Below, piece after piece: positions 62,738 to 64,000 of a DNA stretch of 64,000 nt (positions are counted from its first letter, which is position 1; the number at the start of each line of letters is the position of its first letter). The position numbers and the translations under genes are program-made. This DNA is from Octopus sinensis (lineage: Eukaryota), in contig NW_021832228.1 of the NCBI RefSeq assembly GCF_006345805.1, positions 62,001-126,000 on the forward strand, read 5' to 3'. Under the pieces are notes generated by a model. That model was not told where the DNA came from. It worked only from the letters and a program-made list of their open reading frames with translations, and searched no databases.

Positions 62738-63330
62738 CCTTGTAGGACTCGGCAGTGCAGGCGCAAATAAGTTGCAAACATGAATACAGTTGTTCTGACA
62801 TAAATGGGCACAAGGAAACTCGCAGTTCGTCGTGCCGTTTTTTGTAGGAATAAATAACATATCGTGGCTGACAACTGGGAATGGAGTCCCCAATAGGAGT
62901 TGATTTAGCAGAAAATAGCGATCTAAAGCATGCCGGATTGTCACTAGAAGATGCAGACGATCTATAGACAGGGATCGAAAAATCAAAATCTCAAGAAGAG
63001 CGTAGAGGTGTCTAACAGACAAAATTGACCAGGGTGTAGCACAAGCGACGAGAAAATTATGATCTTACTTTTCAATCAAAGCAGATAACCGTCAACCAAT
63101 ATTCGAGATTTCCTCACAATTTGTGTAATAAATCATGAATACGGAGAGAGGAAAATAAGTTAGTTATTTTATGATTATAAACATTAGACAATAAATTCTT
63201 GAACAGAGAGAACTCAAGTCCTGGCAAAGAATTTCGTTTGTCATTTCCCGCGGTAGTAATAAAGCAGTTGTCTTTGTCGATAAAGATTGGACGCTGTATT
63301 TTCCTAGCAATAATTAGATCTGATACCTTA
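62738..63330 (-). pseudogene. Spliced host-gene fragment interrupted by the pogo element (weak MED23 resemblance)
   Basis: PWSILSVRHLYALLEILIFR recalls MED23 AWGILHTLLEMFSYR; sequence appears to continue at 61510-61609. Confidence 0.3.
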
Positions 63331-63334
63331 GCTC

Positions 63335-63558
63335 AGGCATTCTCAACCTTTTTTTGTTCATCGCCCCCTTAGATATTTTATCGCCCCCTTGTCCACATAC
63401 AATTTAAAAATTTTTGGGCATTGTCCCTTAATTGGTTATTTTTTGTATATAACTCAAAAATCAAAATATAAAATAATAAATCAAATGTAAAAAATTGAAT
63501 TTTTATTAAAAATTATTAGTGAGACCCTGATACTGATGTTTACTCGCTAAATATTCTA
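63335..63558 (-). mobile_element. Second copy (one end) of the 14864 hAT family
   Basis: caggcattctcaacc.. nearly identical to 14864-15106. Confidence 0.9.
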
Positions 63559-63559
63559 A

Positions 63560-63960
63560 GCCCTCTTGGCTGAAGAGTATGCTCTGGATACTGGAATTCA
63601 GGCGTCGTGGGTTCAAATCCAGAAGAGGATTCGTTCTTTTGCCCGTGAGGTGACGAGTACATCTGGCACGACACAGTATGTCAAAAGGGATCTCCTTCCT
63701 ATCCGGCCTTAGAAAGGCGTTACGTGGTCCACCAAATTCACTTGGAGATTTCGACTGGATTTGGAAACGCCGAGGGGGCACCTAATGCTCACCGAAAAAG
63801 GACCAATAGCTCTCCTACCCCCTGGGACATCGTCGTCGCAGGACGATGCACTTTGCATAGGATTGAACCTTTCCGGAGGATCTCCGTCGAAGTGCGTCGG
63901 GATCACACGCTAATTAGTTTGTTCTTAACTGTGGTCTTGGTGTTTAATAAATAAATAAAA
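63560..63960 (+). mobile_element. tRNA-derived SINE
   Basis: A-box-like tggctgaag, B box ggttcaaatcc (63610-63620), cctctt/aagagg stem, (taaa)n tail. Confidence 0.7.
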
Positions 63961-64000
63961 TGTGGGGTTTAAATCCCATTAAAACAGCTTTACTATCTAC

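Overview
AT-rich eukaryotic, most likely animal, genomic DNA (BPTF, HIPK, NTE/Swiss cheese and MFAP1 are metazoan-like) with extremely short spliceosomal introns, mostly 23-30 nt GT-AG, and the standard genetic code. A dicyemid-like compact genome is inferred, not shown. A few apparently intact genes (HIPK-type kinase, acetyl-CoA synthetase, two unknown spliced genes) are mixed with many damaged or fragmentary host genes (BET bromodomain, ACAT1 thiolase, BPTF, Tudor, P5A-ATPase, GCN2, MER3/HFM1, MFAP1, NTE) and dense transposon debris (hAT, pogo/Tigger, Tc1, CRE-like and other non-LTR elements, integrases, a tRNA-derived SINE). The window also holds a 3.6-kb array of a 48-bp repeat and a 6.1-kb tandem duplication with a templated junction insert. 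All family calls are from motif recognition by eye and exon limits are approximate. Single-base homopolymer indels are probably long-read errors.
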